DNA of 64,000 nt, from NCBI GenBank assembly GCA_043228905.1, contig JBHGNT010000012.1, forward strand, positions 19,902,001-19,966,000, given 5' to 3'. Position numbers and translations under genes: made by a program. Within the stretch, counting starts at the first letter, position 1, and each line of letters opens with the position of its first letter. Source of the stretch: Azolla caroliniana. Its lineage: Eukaryota; Plantae; Polypodiophyta. The notes under the pieces were generated by a model. That model saw only the letters and a list, made by a program, of their open reading frames with translations. It did no database searches and was not told the DNA's origin. Below are positions 50,958 through 64,000 of the stretch, one piece after another.

Positions 50958-53900
50958 CTTTGCACCTCTACTATCATATAATTACTGACTATTGGTGGTT
51001 GTGGCAAAGTAGAAATTTCTGCATCAAAATCCACATCATCCATCTTCTTTAATAGTACTTCATCAAGATCCCTGCAATTTTCTCATAAGAAATAGCAAGT
51101 TACTTAATCTAGAAAAAAGGTATTCCAATTTGTACAAAACCAGCCAAAATACTAAAGTTAAATATCAGTAATATATATAAGAACCAGTCCAATCTCTTGA
51201 GGACATGCACCCTGTCAAGGACTAATGACACCTTAGTCAATGCCTCTTAGGTGCCAATCCCCTTGACAGTTGACTGTAAACACATCTTAAATTGGTTGAG
51301 AAATAACTTCATAGGTGTCAATCCCCTTGAAAGTAGATATATTTTCTAGTGACTGTAAGACACATCTTAAATTGGTTGCAAAATAACTTCATAAGACAAG
51401 AACATTCTGGGCTTGCAAACTTACGCTATAAGTGTGTATAAATAACACTGATCACGGACTAATCACAGTGCTTAGTCAACACCTCCTGGTGGGAACAGGG
51501 AACCATATAGTGCAATCACCCACAGATCTCCTAATATACTGTACAATCACAAGTGTAATGCTCCTTGGTCTCAGGATCTGTCTTGCAGAGAATGGTTGAG
51601 TTATCGTGGCTCACACATGAGGCTACGTGAAAGTGGGTGCTCCATAGAAAACTGTTCTTAATGCTACTATAGGAGGCGCTACCAGCTGTATATAGAATAT
51701 ATTTGAAGCCAAGTATGAACATTACTTCCCACACCACAAACACAAGAAATTTGACTGGAATAAGTTCAAGCTCCCACATGAGGAAGAAAAGCGAAAAACC
51801 CCAAGAGGGGAACAATCCAATTTGGTCACTATATGTAGCTAATATTAGGAACTAGAACAGTCTTGTATTGCATGTTATTGGCCAAGCTGCCGAAGTTGCA
51901 GCCAAACCCGTTGACAATATGAGACCCATGGAAAGTCTGTCTATGTGTACATAAAGGGAAGTGGAAATCTACAGTTCGTGAGAAAATCATCTCTAAGAAA
52001 TGGATATGGATATCTTTTATTGCTGGGCTCATGCACAGGATGAACTAGTTATTATGGCATCTCTATTCAGACAACCAGCATTGCAGAGCAGGTGAAGTTA
52101 CGTAAATCAGCATTCAAAATTAACTCATGTTAACAAGGTGATATCCAGATCAGCCACAAAGAACTGACCTACTCAACCACATATCGGAAAACAGTCTAAC
52201 CTGAAAAATCCACCCCGTACATTGCAAGCTACGTTCCTAGCAACACAAAGGATTGGGACAGGAGTGCTTGTCTGAAATGAAGAAACCAAGCCATGTCATC
52301 ATGCAAGCTCATTTCTGAACCTTGTAATGATAAAATCAGCTTAAAACATACCTCGGCCTGTGGCGCATAATAAGGTGCAAAAGCTGGTACAACATGTACT
52401 TGGGGCTGATCTTGGTCTTCCCAAACTTTAAGCCGATCATCGATAACCATAGCCATTTTTGGATGGCAGTTCCCACTAGAGAACATACTAGTTAAAGATT
52501 TCTTTGAGCCTGATGAGTTAAACATTATGCACATATTGAAATTCAAAGTAAAAAAACCAATGTTCAACCACAAAATGAAGATCTTTGTCCCAACTTACCT
52601 GACTTTACACAGACTACTCGATCTATCATCTCCTTTCTATTTATTAGTTCAGCATCTGGATCAAGCAATCGCCACATCTCTAGTGCATATTCTTTTTCAG
52701 ACATTGTACACACAAAAACTTCAAATCGCTTGCGACCTTTGGCAGTCAAATACTTTCGAAGCTCTTCCCAAGCTGGACGCAGTTTTACCACTACACTCGT
52801 ATCCCGGATCTACACCATTGCATATGTTACATAGAATTACAGAAGTGGATCATTATTTCAACATCTTATGATAGAATAATTAAAGTGTGCCAGTACTTGA
52901 AGAAAATTCTGAAGAAAGGGTAGTTTGTTTCACGCACATTAGGGTTGATGCGTGTAAAGATCATGTCACGGTCTTGCAATCTAACTACAGGACGTTTAAG
53001 GGGAAGACCTCCTTCGGTGGAAGATGGAACCACTTCCACATTGGCAGTCACAAATTTTTCTCCAATATTGTCCCACACACGATCCTCTTCTATGTACTGC
53101 TTGAGCATTTCCCGATCTTGCATGTACCGCTTCAGTTCAGAAGACATCCCTGAAACTTTCTGCGGCTCTGATTCTATTTTGAGTTTAGAGCTAAGAGCAT
53201 CGATACGATCTTCATAGGATCGCATTGTATTTGCAACGATCAGAGTCTCGTCTAGATCAAAAACAAGAGCTAAGCACCTCAAGTTGAGCATGGTCAGGCA
53301 AGTATTGTACAATCCAGATGTAATCACAAAACCCCAGAAGTAAGGCTTTGACTTTCTTATCACATTCATCGCCACTAAATGAAGCTCCATTCCACCTGGC
53401 ATATAAATAACAGCAGTCTGAAAAACAAAAGTCAACAAATAAGTTTGATACAAATGATGAAATTATATATTAGCTAGAAAAGGAAAGTAATCAGGTGGAA
53501 AATGTGATTTGTACTTTCATGACTCTGACGCACCCAAATGCACATAACCTATCTAAATTAGTTCGGTTTAAAGTGAGATACTTAAATGCAAGTCTCTTCA
53601 ATATTAGGACCTGATGCATATGTCTATGAGCTATGATTGGCTTGACATTTGAAGTTTCTTTCCACAAATACCAGAAAATGCCCATTTACTACTGATATGT
53701 CAACTGTTCTCGTTTATCAATGTCAAATTGGTTCCGGTTCTCGCTATTTACTTAAGCCACAGTCTCAAGCCAATGGATATTAGGCTACTTCTAATACACA
53801 AAAATAACCCAAGACAACCGTTCTTATAGAGAATAACATCATAGTAAGGCTCTTCAAATAAACAAGAAAAATATGTGAAGATTCATGTACATCCACATTA

Positions 53901-54279
53901 TTCATGAGTCACTCCGCCAGCACCACATCAAGAGTTAGAAAAATCAAAGTAGCTGAATAGTTTAGTGTTTGTTGGAGGATAATAATGTTACCTTTAATTC
54001 CTTCAGGCATGCAGAATGCACCACCTCAACTTCCCTCGACTCAGTAGAAGATTCGAGAGGTTCTATCTTGAACACCATATCATCACTTGCAACTGTACGG
54101 AGAACTACCAATGGGGAACAACGATCACTTGCGATTGAGAATGATGAGATCCTGAGATCTTCACCAGATACAAAAGGTATCCGGTTGCTTTGTGGAGAGA
54201 TTGACACATCGCAGATGAATTTATCATCATTGTGTAGCCTAGCTACAACCCCATCCTTCTGTCCCATGGTGAAAGTCAA
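47017..54279 (-). CDS. CPL1: RNA polymerase II CTD phosphatase-like 1 (FCP1-like HAD domain plus two dsRBDs)
   Basis: [17 protein letters not shown] (DxDxT), [59 protein letters not shown]. dsRBD exons [16 protein letters not shown] and [20 protein letters not shown]. The last exon (47121-47017) reads SNKRMRS...LQR. Multi-exon, GT-AG; start 54279 or 54267. Confidence 0.93.
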
Positions 54280-55640
54280 CTTTATTCAAGACCTACCAAC
54301 TCAGTCGAACCATTCGAAAAAAATCTCCCCTGTATGCATACAAGGAAGAACATATGAATGCTTGTAACGAATTTGTGCCCTACAATATGTAAACTACTTA
54401 GGTGATTCTTTTAAGTTTGTGTTTCATCAAGACATTTCTTTTTTCAAATCCAGCATGTTATCAAGCTGCTCATGCAAGTGGGCCCAGATTTTTAATTTGC
54501 AGGTCATCTTGGAGTGCAATCAAGGAGACCTCTACCAATACAAAGTTTCAGGTAAAGACCCCAACTTGCATGCCTGTTATAAAAAAAGTTCCTTCTTTTA
54601 AAGGCTTGGCATGATGATGTTCAAGCAAAAACCACTTCACTCCAAAGTTTAATATATGTTTAGAGAATTCCATAAGTATAACATGTATAAACCATAACAT
54701 TTCATGCAAAATAATCCTTTCACTCCACAACTTCTCTAGAACCTTGTTGGCATGCCAAACATGAAAGTGATAACAAAGCCTCAAATTCCAGTGATAATAT
54801 TCAAGAAAACAGCTCCCTAGCCATGTTGAAGAATGTTCAATTTAAAATCCCGTGTGAACACCAAAAAGACTTGCGTACCTCTTCAAAAAATATAATCTTA
54901 ACTCGAAAAGCCCATCTCTCTTGCTATGGCCCTTATTGGCATATTCACCTATGAAGAAAATATATCACTACGAACATCCCACTTCACAATATCATACATA
55001 AATCAACAGAAAACCAGTCCAAATTCCTAATTAATGATTTTTAAAGGAGGTCTCAATCTTTGAAGATGATTACTTCTGTTTGATTTCTTCTTTTTGGCGA
55101 TCAAAACGTAACCACAAGCAGAAAATTTTGGGTCCTTTTGATGGGATCAACCTCTACCAAATCACAAAAATGTAGGGTTTTCTTTACTACATCAAAGATT
55201 GTGGGGTTTTCTACAACCCAAATCAAAGGGAGAACCAAACTTTCTGTGCTTGGTGTTTCGTTTAGCAAGTTTCTATCTCTATCGATCTAATGTCTATCTA
55301 TCTACCTATCTCTGTCTGTCTATCTGCCGGTCGGTCGGTCGGTTGGTCTCTATCTCTGCATACGTGATTGCCATAATCGTGTGGATGGACGGATCTTTCA
55401 GTGACAGGGATCGATCTGAAACCCTAAAAAATACAATGGAAACACAGAAAGCTTAAAGAAGCAGAGACAAACAGAGGCAAGGTTGGAAAAGCTCTTGTTA
55501 AAATATAAATCACAATTTTTATTCACAATTTGTGTAAAAGAAAAAGAAAAAAACCCAAAACTTAATAAATAAATACAAGATTTCAAGCATGAAGGAAAAC
55601 TAATTAAAAACAATTCGGTAAAAATAGGGGACAAAAAAAA

Positions 55641-55672
55641 TGTGTGTGTGTGTGTGTGTCGGTGTTTGTGTC

Positions 55673-55744
<72 letters not shown>

Positions 55745-55760
55745 TCTCTTTGTGTGTGTG
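55641..55760. repeat. (TG)n microsatellite
   Basis: Visible directly in the sequence. Confidence 0.95.
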
Positions 55761-58250
55761 TATCTCTCTCTCTATGTGTGTCTATGTCCGTGTCTCTGTC
55801 TCTGTGTGCATGGACAAAAAAATGTTTGTTGTGTGTGCATGGACTCGAGGAATACGTATTCCGAACCCTCAAACACTACCACCGATCACAAGATGGTTAA
55901 CCACACACTTCTGACACAACCAAAAAGCGTAAAGAGAAGAAGAAGGAAGAATGAGCCTTGATGCCACATCTCCGTGCGTGTATGGCCAACCATTGTCGGC
56001 CTTACTAGAGCTTTGTGCTTTATATGTATTTCGAACCCTCATACAGTAGCTGATCACAAGATGGGCAACCACACACTTATGACGTGACCAAAAAGTGTAA
56101 AGAGAAGAAATAGGAAGAATGACCCACATGCCCATACCACCCATTTGCCTGATGCCACATCTGCACGCATGCATGGCTGACCATTGTTGGCCTCACCAAA
56201 ACTCTGTGCCAAGGCCAAACGAGTGCTCGCGCCCGACCCACAAATCCTTGTGTTCCTCAATTTGTCATTGCGCGATTGAGTACGATGAGTTAAGAGTTGT
56301 GATTGTTTTCCAAATAAGGTCATGTGTAATCTCAAAATATTTGTCTTTTTAATGACCATGCATTTGTCATTTGAACCAAGATGAACATATGTGCAACCTC
56401 TAGTGATCTAACCTCAAATAGACATATGATCCATCACCCAAGACCTTAGGGTAGGGTTGAAACTATCGAGCAATGGAAGCTCGTGTAAACCATCAAGAAG
56501 GAGAACACCATCAAATTGTGGATATGGTTGGTCCACAACTCTAGTTTCGTCCTTGCATGCTCGTGTATCACATACATGATTGTAATAATAACTCAAGTTC
56601 GTGTAATAACATAAATATTATTTTAGTAATAATATTGTAATGATGACATCCGTGTTGTTTGTTTAATCGGGTGATGTTAAGAATGAGGAGACAACATAGC
56701 ATCCAATAATATATCTAAAAAAAGCTATGTTAGGAAGCAAGTTCATCCAAATGGTTGACCAATACAAGTTACTTGCATATTAAGATAGGTTTACCAAAGA
56801 GAGGTTGACATGTGACATCCACACACCATTGTATGATGTATCTAATGACATAATGATGCCAATATTATGACATTTTACTAAGATAGGCTTATCAAAGAGA
56901 GTTTGACATGTGTCATGTACACACCATTGTATCTAATGAGATAATGATACCAGAGGGACCTTGCAAGTGTGTCAGTGATTCTCACCACAATCGAGTTTCT
57001 TAAACATATTACCATAGTCATGATCTCAAACAACATTCCAAGTCATTCCTTGAACACATTGGATACAAACATTACCTTCAATGAACAACATTAGGATTGG
57101 CTTGCTTTAATGATGACCCACAAATTTACCAAAATAATTGAGTGCAAAACCTAGTTGGGGGACAATGTCCTTTTCAAAGTGGAAAGGCATTGCTATTTTC
57201 CTCTTCTTCACATTAAAGAATTTTGTTTTCAATATGCATTAAAGAAAACTCTACCTCCAAATGCCTTCAAAGGTTATTTTTTGCGTTTTTGTATCAAGAA
57301 AGGTGACGTGTCCCTAACTTACTATCCAAGTGATTCCAAAATAGCACCATGATCCCAAACTCTTTACAATTAGATAAATTTTATTTTTGCATTTCCATTT
57401 CATATGCTTGCATTTATCTTTTCAAGTCAACGAATAGCTCAACCAAATGCAAACAGAAGGTGTTAAACAATTGTAAATTTTTTGAGTTAGAGACTTCACA
57501 TTTATATGAATGTTTTAATCACATTGTCAACAATTTCTTGCACATAATGAAAGGTTAAAAGCAATCACATCTCAAGTCTACACTAGCATCATGGAACGAA
57601 CATCAATGTGACAGATAATTATTTGCACGGGGTTTCAAATCATATGCCACGAGTGAAGGTAGCGTACAAAGCAAATGATACATATTTGCACCTTCAAGCA
57701 ATATGCATTCTCTTCACCAAACATTCTTGCACAAGGCATGTATATAAATGAATACACTCCCTTGTCAACGAACTTGTGGAGTTGTTTACAGCCCAAACAA
57801 ATAGAAACATGTACCATTTATAACATGTCATCCAATTATAGATTGAAAGTCAAACGTGTTGAAATTAGACAGATCATAAACAAGATAATATAATTTTAAG
57901 ATATAGAATAGCATACACTTCATTAACTCATGGGATACCATCAACAGCTCAATAACCTGTTTAAAAACTTAAGCATTTATATTGCATAGAATCTTAATGT
58001 TCTTTTCCTCAAATTTCTGAAATACCAATATGCGTGGCTTTTGATTACAATAAATAAAATGTTCTTTCCTGGTGTTTCAAGCCAACTTTCATAGCATACG
58101 TTATCTGATGCAAAATAAAACTTATTATCACATCTATTATCATTGTGTGAAAGAATCTAAATAATGAAAAACATGTCTATGGTCTTCTAAATTGACATGC
58201 AAATATTGCACATTATTGATACAAAACCACGTATTCATATTTGTTGAAAT

Positions 58251-59193
58251 CATAGATTGACATATTCGCATTCGTGGGGGTTACCATACGAATACATATG
58301 AATACGCATAAGAATACATGAAAAAAAATTCGTTAAAAAAAGAAAAAAAAAGAGTTCCTACTTTTTAGTTTCTAATATATATATCATATTGTTTAACAAA
58401 GAGACTTTCACATTAAATATGGGATATTTAACTTGACATTAAAAAGGAGGCTTACACTAAATAATATTTTTATATAATAAATGGAAAACTTAAAACTTAA
58501 AAAGTATTTGTTTTATTTTTAATAAATAATAAATAAAAGTTTCATTAATTTCCCACTTTACTCTCCCACAAAAATTAATATGTTTATCCGTTATTAAAAG
58601 GGAACCTCGTACTAATAATATTTTTATAATATATATAAAACTTAAATGTATTTGTTTTATTTTTTAATAAAACGAAAAATAAATAAATAAATGTAAATAA
58701 ATTAACTAAATAAAAGGTTCCCATAAATTTCATATTTTTATTTCACATTAAAAAGGGGAACTCACACTAATAATATTTTTAAAATATATTTGTTTTTTTC
58801 CAAAAAAAAATATTTTTATAATATTTATCAAGATGTATATGTTTTAATTTTTAATAAAACAAAAAATAAATAAAATATATGTAAAATAAATAGAATAAAT
58901 AAATGGTTCTCACAAAATTTTATATTTTTATCTCACATTAAAAAGGGGACCTCACACTAATAGTATTCTTATAAATTATAATAGATGAAAAACTTTGAAG
59001 TATTTGTTTTATTTTTAGTCTCTTGACATTAAAAAGGGGACCTTAGACTAATAATATTTTTATATATAATATATAAAATTATTTTTTAAATAATAAATAA
59101 ATAAACGAATGGTTCTGTAATATACTTGGGGTTGAATTTTACGAATATTGAGGATGTCGAATATTACGAATTTCTCGCATGGGTCAATCTATG
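58251..59193. mobile_element. Non-autonomous hAT element (943 bp)
   Basis: Perfect 11-bp TIR CATAGATTGAC/GTCAATCTATG and perfect 8-bp TSD GTTGAAAT (58243-58250, 59194-59201). Subterminal CGAAT/ATTCG motifs. The AT-rich core repeats ATTAAAAAGGGGA.CTCACACTAATAATATTTTT. Confidence 0.92.
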
Positions 59194-60418
59194 GTTGAAA
59201 TCATAGAAAAAACCATCTTGCTGAAATAACTAAATAGATATATTCAAGAAAGTTTAGTTACAAACAAGTCTTTTTTTAATTACAAATCTCCCTACCTCCA
59301 ACCCTATTTACCATAATTCATTATTGCCCATAAAGACCTTTCTTTTTGCCACTATTACAGGGGTTCAATTATGTTCATTCTTTACTTCATAGCACCACCC
59401 TCTCACCAAGCCACACCCAAGTCTTTGATCATTTCTCATTACATTCTCAGTTCCCATGTGAGCTTTTTAAGCATCTAATACTACAAAAACCCAGCAATCT
59501 ATAAAGCTCCATTTTGGGGCACACACTGCAAGGAGTATCTATGAGCTTCTTAACCGTTTATTACAATCATTGCCACGAATACCCTCAGGAGTTACCATGA
59601 ACGGGGCTGTCTCCGAAGGGAGGGATGGTGATTTAAATATGTATGCGTACCTTTGTTTATTTTCCCAGTATAAAATCACTCTATTTGTGCAAACATGTGA
59701 CCAGCTTTCACCTGTGCAAAACTAAACGTCTCATTAACATTATCATATACATATATATGCACTGACATACTATGTAGAACAGAAAAAGTCATGGACAGAT
59801 CTGAACCCAGCATTATCACCATTTCACTTAAATTGTTTTATAACATTACCTAACGCTGGCACTAGCTTCGAAGAACCTCCACTAAATTTTGTAGTCACCT
59901 GGTTCATGGCTACTATCTGCGAAATCCACTCCACCAACATTAGCGCTTAGTCCTAATGTAAGCATAAGATAAGGAAATATAGAATAGTTATAAAGAGAAG
60001 AGAGAGAAAGAAGGTGTCGATCCACCCGACCACCCCCCAACGAAAGGATCGAGATAGATTCAAGCCTTGATTAGCGTCCCATACCACCACCGTGGCATCA
60101 AGTCGTACTTGGTATTGGCGCGCTAGCTAAAAGAGTTTGATCACAACAAGATCAGAGTCTCGATGTAGTTGAATGATGTGTCTGATGAGGATAGCTAGAA
60201 CAAGTGGTATCATAACGAAGGTTCATACCTTCCGCAAGATTGGAACATGTATGTGTTAACGTACGAGATGTACGTAGAGTTAAGTGTGACGAGGGTGAAA
60301 GAGTAAAGTGTTGATGTGTATGTGTAATTGTGCACAAGTGTAATTGTGAGTGTGAGTAGATGCCTATGTAAACACATGCACATAAGAAGAGGTGTGTGCA
60401 TGTGGACAAATAAGAAGA

Positions 60419-60534
60419 GGTGTGAGTGAGTGATTAGTGTGAATGGCCAAGGGGGCTTGCACCCCTATGTACCCCTCTTGTAACTATTTAACCCCCTTAT
60501 GGGGAATGAATGAAATAATGAATACGTTCTCTCT

Positions 60535-60581
<47 letters not shown>

Positions 60582-60900
60582 GATGTGCCAAAATAAGTGT
60601 TATAGGTTTTAGGCCTAGGGTTGATGACAATAATGTTAATCAAGATGGTAATGAACGATGCGTGTGATGATTAGCATTGCGAGATTAATGATGATGGGAT
60701 GATAATCATTGCGGGGTGCGTTAGGATGATGTTGAGAATCATTGCGGGTGGGGGTTGGTGCCAAAGAGAGAGAGAGAGATTAAGAGGGAACATATTCATT
60801 GTTTCATTCATTCCCCAAAAGGGGGTTAAATAGTTACAAGATGGGTAAATACATAGGGGTGCAAGCCCCCTTGGTCATTCACACTAATCACCCATACACC
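60419..60900. repeat. Internal foldback with ~135-160-bp arms
   Basis: GTGATTAGTGTGAATGGCCAAGGGGGCTTGCACCCC...TTAATCTCTCTC (60430-60580) pairs with GAGAGAGATTAAGAG...GGGGTGCAAGCCCCCTTGGTCATTCACACTAATCAC (60766-60891). Confidence 0.9.
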
Positions 60901-62162
60901 TAAATCCATATGAGGGGAGCAAATCTATTCCGAAGATTAGGTGTTGTAGCCAAAACATAAGCTTTACGTAGAGGGGCGAGGAAAGGGATCCAAGTAGTTG
61001 ACTTGAAAATGTATACTTAACCTTGCAATGTCTTGTGACATTAGCTGCATGGAAAATGGTGTTGGAACTTTCTCAAGATCTCCACTTCTTAGAGATGGAC
61101 GAATGGAATCAAGGAACCCATTCACATCATGGCATACTCCATCTACAACATACAAGTTGAGCACCGTCTTGTGATTTTTAGATCGGAATGTTAGCATACC
61201 TTTAGATGAACTCATGTTGGGCATAACTTGCATTGATCATTAAAGCTTGGGACAAGTGAGCATATTAACCTCAGTTATGGCCATGTTCACAACGAAATGA
61301 CCTAAGGCCCCCAAGCAAGTTCACACTTGGCCCTTATGGGTTGTCTCAATTCCTAGGATTAAAAATAATCGTCCCTTCTTTACACTCTTGTTCAACCCTC
61401 ACACTTTATCCATGTGTATAAAATACTACGGTACAAACTTACCACGGGATAATTTATGGTCATGCCCGTAACAACCGATATTAACAAAACTCCCAAACTC
61501 TTGCAATACTTCTAGTGACTAATCTTGTGTTGGATTTCGTATATACTTTAATGTGCAAGCTAATGATAAGTTTTGAGTTCATATCTACTCTTATAGTTGA
61601 ATGCAAACCCCAAGTATATGGACAATTTACTTGCAGAAGCTAGATTGTACATGCTACCGCAAACATGATTCTAGTTGAACACACCCCAAATATATGAACA
61701 AGATGTCATCATGATGAAAAGTTGTCATGTCACTTACCGCCACTTCATGCTGTTCTGCCAAGTGCATAAGCTTTTGTCCCATGCTACCAAGTATCCTTGT
61801 TCGTAGGGGCATGTCCTCAAAACCATGTCGGAAATGAAATGTGATGCTGTCAATTACTATAAGTCTTACCTGAAATCAGATTTGCAACTGAATCATATTC
61901 AATTCATCAAAGTTCAACTTTAGAGTTAAAAACCATTAAATTCATGCAGAATGGTATCTAAAGTTTGAGATAATAGTTAATTCATGAGTCAGGTATTGCA
62001 TCCAACAGGACATTTAAGCCTTTGACATCGAAGTACAGCTAGGTAATGGTATATAATGTGCTTACACGAATCAAATACACAATCAACCTAAGTAATGAGC
62101 ATCATTACAATTTTTAACACTAATCAGTGCTAAATCTCAGCAATTCAGGCATTGTTTGACAA

Positions 62163-62875
62163 TGTTAGTTTTGGCGTCATCCTCATTATTGTACACAGTC
62201 CCAAGCTAGAATTTTAAGCTTCTTTTCACGTGATATTAAGATAAACATGTGGGGTTTTTCCACTCAAGTGGAACCCATAACTCAAAGCCGGCTGAGTGCC
62301 GGCTCTAACAGCTAAGAACTGTTTAAGAAGCAGCTAAGGGCCAGAAGGAGGCAGATATATGTAGAAGTTGCATAAGGAGGGAACGTCAGTCAGAGCAAAC
62401 ACAAAAGAAGAACACGTGCCTATGAGAGAAAACAGAGAGAGTGAGAGCATGACTCGGATCACAAGAAAGAAAGAGCACGAGAGCGTGAGTGAGAGTGATA
62501 TCGTATTGCAGATGAGGAGATAAAGATTTATAAGAGGATGTTTGTGCCACCAAGGAGCTCGTACCCAATGACTGGAGTGCACCTCTCCTATCTGTCTATA
62601 ATTAGGTTTTCACGTTCTGCATTATTCTGTCTTTCTGTTGTTCTTTCCACTCAATCGGGTGAAGATTGTTACCAAGGCTATTGCCTTGAGGTATATTCCT
62701 CTAGTGAAAACTAGAGAGGTTGTACTCTGAACATAGTGAAATGTTTTGGTACCCTAAGGGTTCCGCAGTTTTTCCCGATTTGGGGTTTCCACATAAAACC
62801 TGGTGTAATCTGATTTCTGTTTTGGTTGTGTCTGTCATTCGTTATGTTGGTGGTCTAAGGTAATTCTGGTTCACA
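62163..62875 (+). repeat. Tork-like copia LTR sequence inside the inverted-repeat insertion
   Basis: Starts TGTTAG. TTGTACTCTGAACATAGTGA...GTTTTTCCC...GGGTTTCCAC.TAAA resembles 3629-3707 in the copia A LTR. Confidence 0.6.
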
Positions 62876-64000
62876 TGCACACACGTGTGCATGTGTTCAC
62901 ATAGGCATCTACTCACACTCACAATTACACTTGTGCACATTTACACATACACATAAACACTTTACTCTTTCACCCTCTTCACACTCAACTCTATGTACAT
63001 CTCGTACGTTAACAATATGAATCTCTTGGTGGGATGATTAAGTTGACCAGACCGAACTATTCAATATGGAAGTCCAAAATGAGGGACATGTTATACAAGG
63101 ACTTGTGGTTGCCAATACAATGTGGTACGGACAAACCAAAGAAAATAGACGCATCGACTTAGGACATTAGGCATTTAAAAACAGCTGCATACATATGATA
63201 CTTCATAGACATGAGTATATATAACAACTTTGGTGATAAAACTAAATCAATTGTATTGTGGAACAAAATAGAGAGTATGTTTGAAACCAAGAATGCCTTG
63301 AATAGAGTTTTTGTGTTCAAAAATATTGTAAGGCTGAGATACCAAGATGGCTCTAGTATGGCTGAGCACCTGAATGCATTTCAAGGGTTGATCAATCAAA
63401 CAATCTCTTTAGACATACCTCTAGCAGATGACTGGATCATTGACTCGGGAACCTCGTATCATATTACCCTGTATTAGGAGATGTTTGCATCATATGGTGG
63501 TAGTGAATTTGGTAGAGTCATAATGGCTAACCACTGTGTGATAGAGGTTGTTGGCATAGGGAATATAATTTTGGCCACGGATATGAGTTACAAACTCATA
63601 TTGAAGGATATTAGACATGTACCAGATATTCAAGTAAATATCATTTCTGCGGGTAAGCTTGATGATGAGGGTTATGCAAACTACTTTGGTGAAAGAAGAT
63701 GGAAGGCTTTGTAATCATAGCAAAATGTTCCAAAAAGAATTCCCTCTATCTTATGCATGCTATAGTGTCCAATAAAGCAAAAAATGTTGCTAATAAGGAT
63801 GTCTCTATTGAGTTATGGCACAAGAGACTTGGGCACATAAGTTAAAAAGGACTCGAGGTTCTAGCAAAGAAGAACATCTTGCCTGCAATAACAAGTATGC
63901 ATCTAAAAACTTGCATTGATTGTTTGGCCGCTTTTCAACAATTGCCCCCTAAAAGAAAGTCTCAACCATTGGAATTGGTGAATCCGGATCTATGCTATAT

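Larger units (their letters stand above)
60254..63014. mobile_element. 2.76-kb unclassified insertion with long terminal inverted repeats, TG..CA ends and a 5-bp TSD
   Basis: 60254-~60407 is the reverse complement of ~62869-63014 (about 6 mismatches in the outer ~129 bp). Flanks are GTATG and ATATG. Excision restores the gag frame. Confidence 0.75.
60205..64000 (+). mobile_element. Ty1/copia (Tork-like) element C: PBS, gag, protease and GAG-pre-integrase domain; interrupted and internally deleted
   Basis: PBS-like TGGTATCATAAC at 60205. ATG at 60248 joins in frame to ESLGGMIKLTRPNYSIWKSKMRDML after 63019. Protease WIIDSGTSYH, LKDIRHVPD; then LWHKRLGH...CIDC. Confidence 0.85.

Noticed and set aside
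51480-52060. Possible poison exon or structured RNA in a CPL1 intron
   Set aside because: The sequence is more complex than neighbouring introns, but no ORF, box motifs or stem could be supported without comparative data.
55600-55961. Cys/Val- or His/Thr-rich ORFs (also at 33842-34131)
   Set aside because: They are translations of (TG)n and (CT)n microsatellites.

Overview
This is land-plant nuclear DNA, probably from a seed-free vascular plant such as a fern (inference from gene content and repeat style). Six host genes could be reconstructed: a RING-like protein (-), a spliced plastid [2Fe-2S] ferredoxin-like gene that the ORF track largely misses (+), intronless EBP2 (+), an AN1-only stress-associated zinc finger (+), BCP1/BCCIP (-) and the Pol II CTD phosphatase CPL1 (-). 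A well-formed box C/D snoRNA lies 0.6 kb downstream of EBP2, with a guide complementary to U6 snRNA (predicted Gm84). The first 8.8 kb is a four-level transposon nest: solo LTR inside copia, inside copia, inside LINE. The window ends in a copia whose gag start is split by an unusual 2.76-kb insert with TG..CA ends, a 5-bp target-site duplication (TSD) and ~130-150-bp INVERTED terminal repeats. Also present are hAT and other MITEs, a dispersed repeat built from two convergent tRNA-like heads, LINE relics, several tandem arrays and microsatellites. All calls were made by eye, without database searches.
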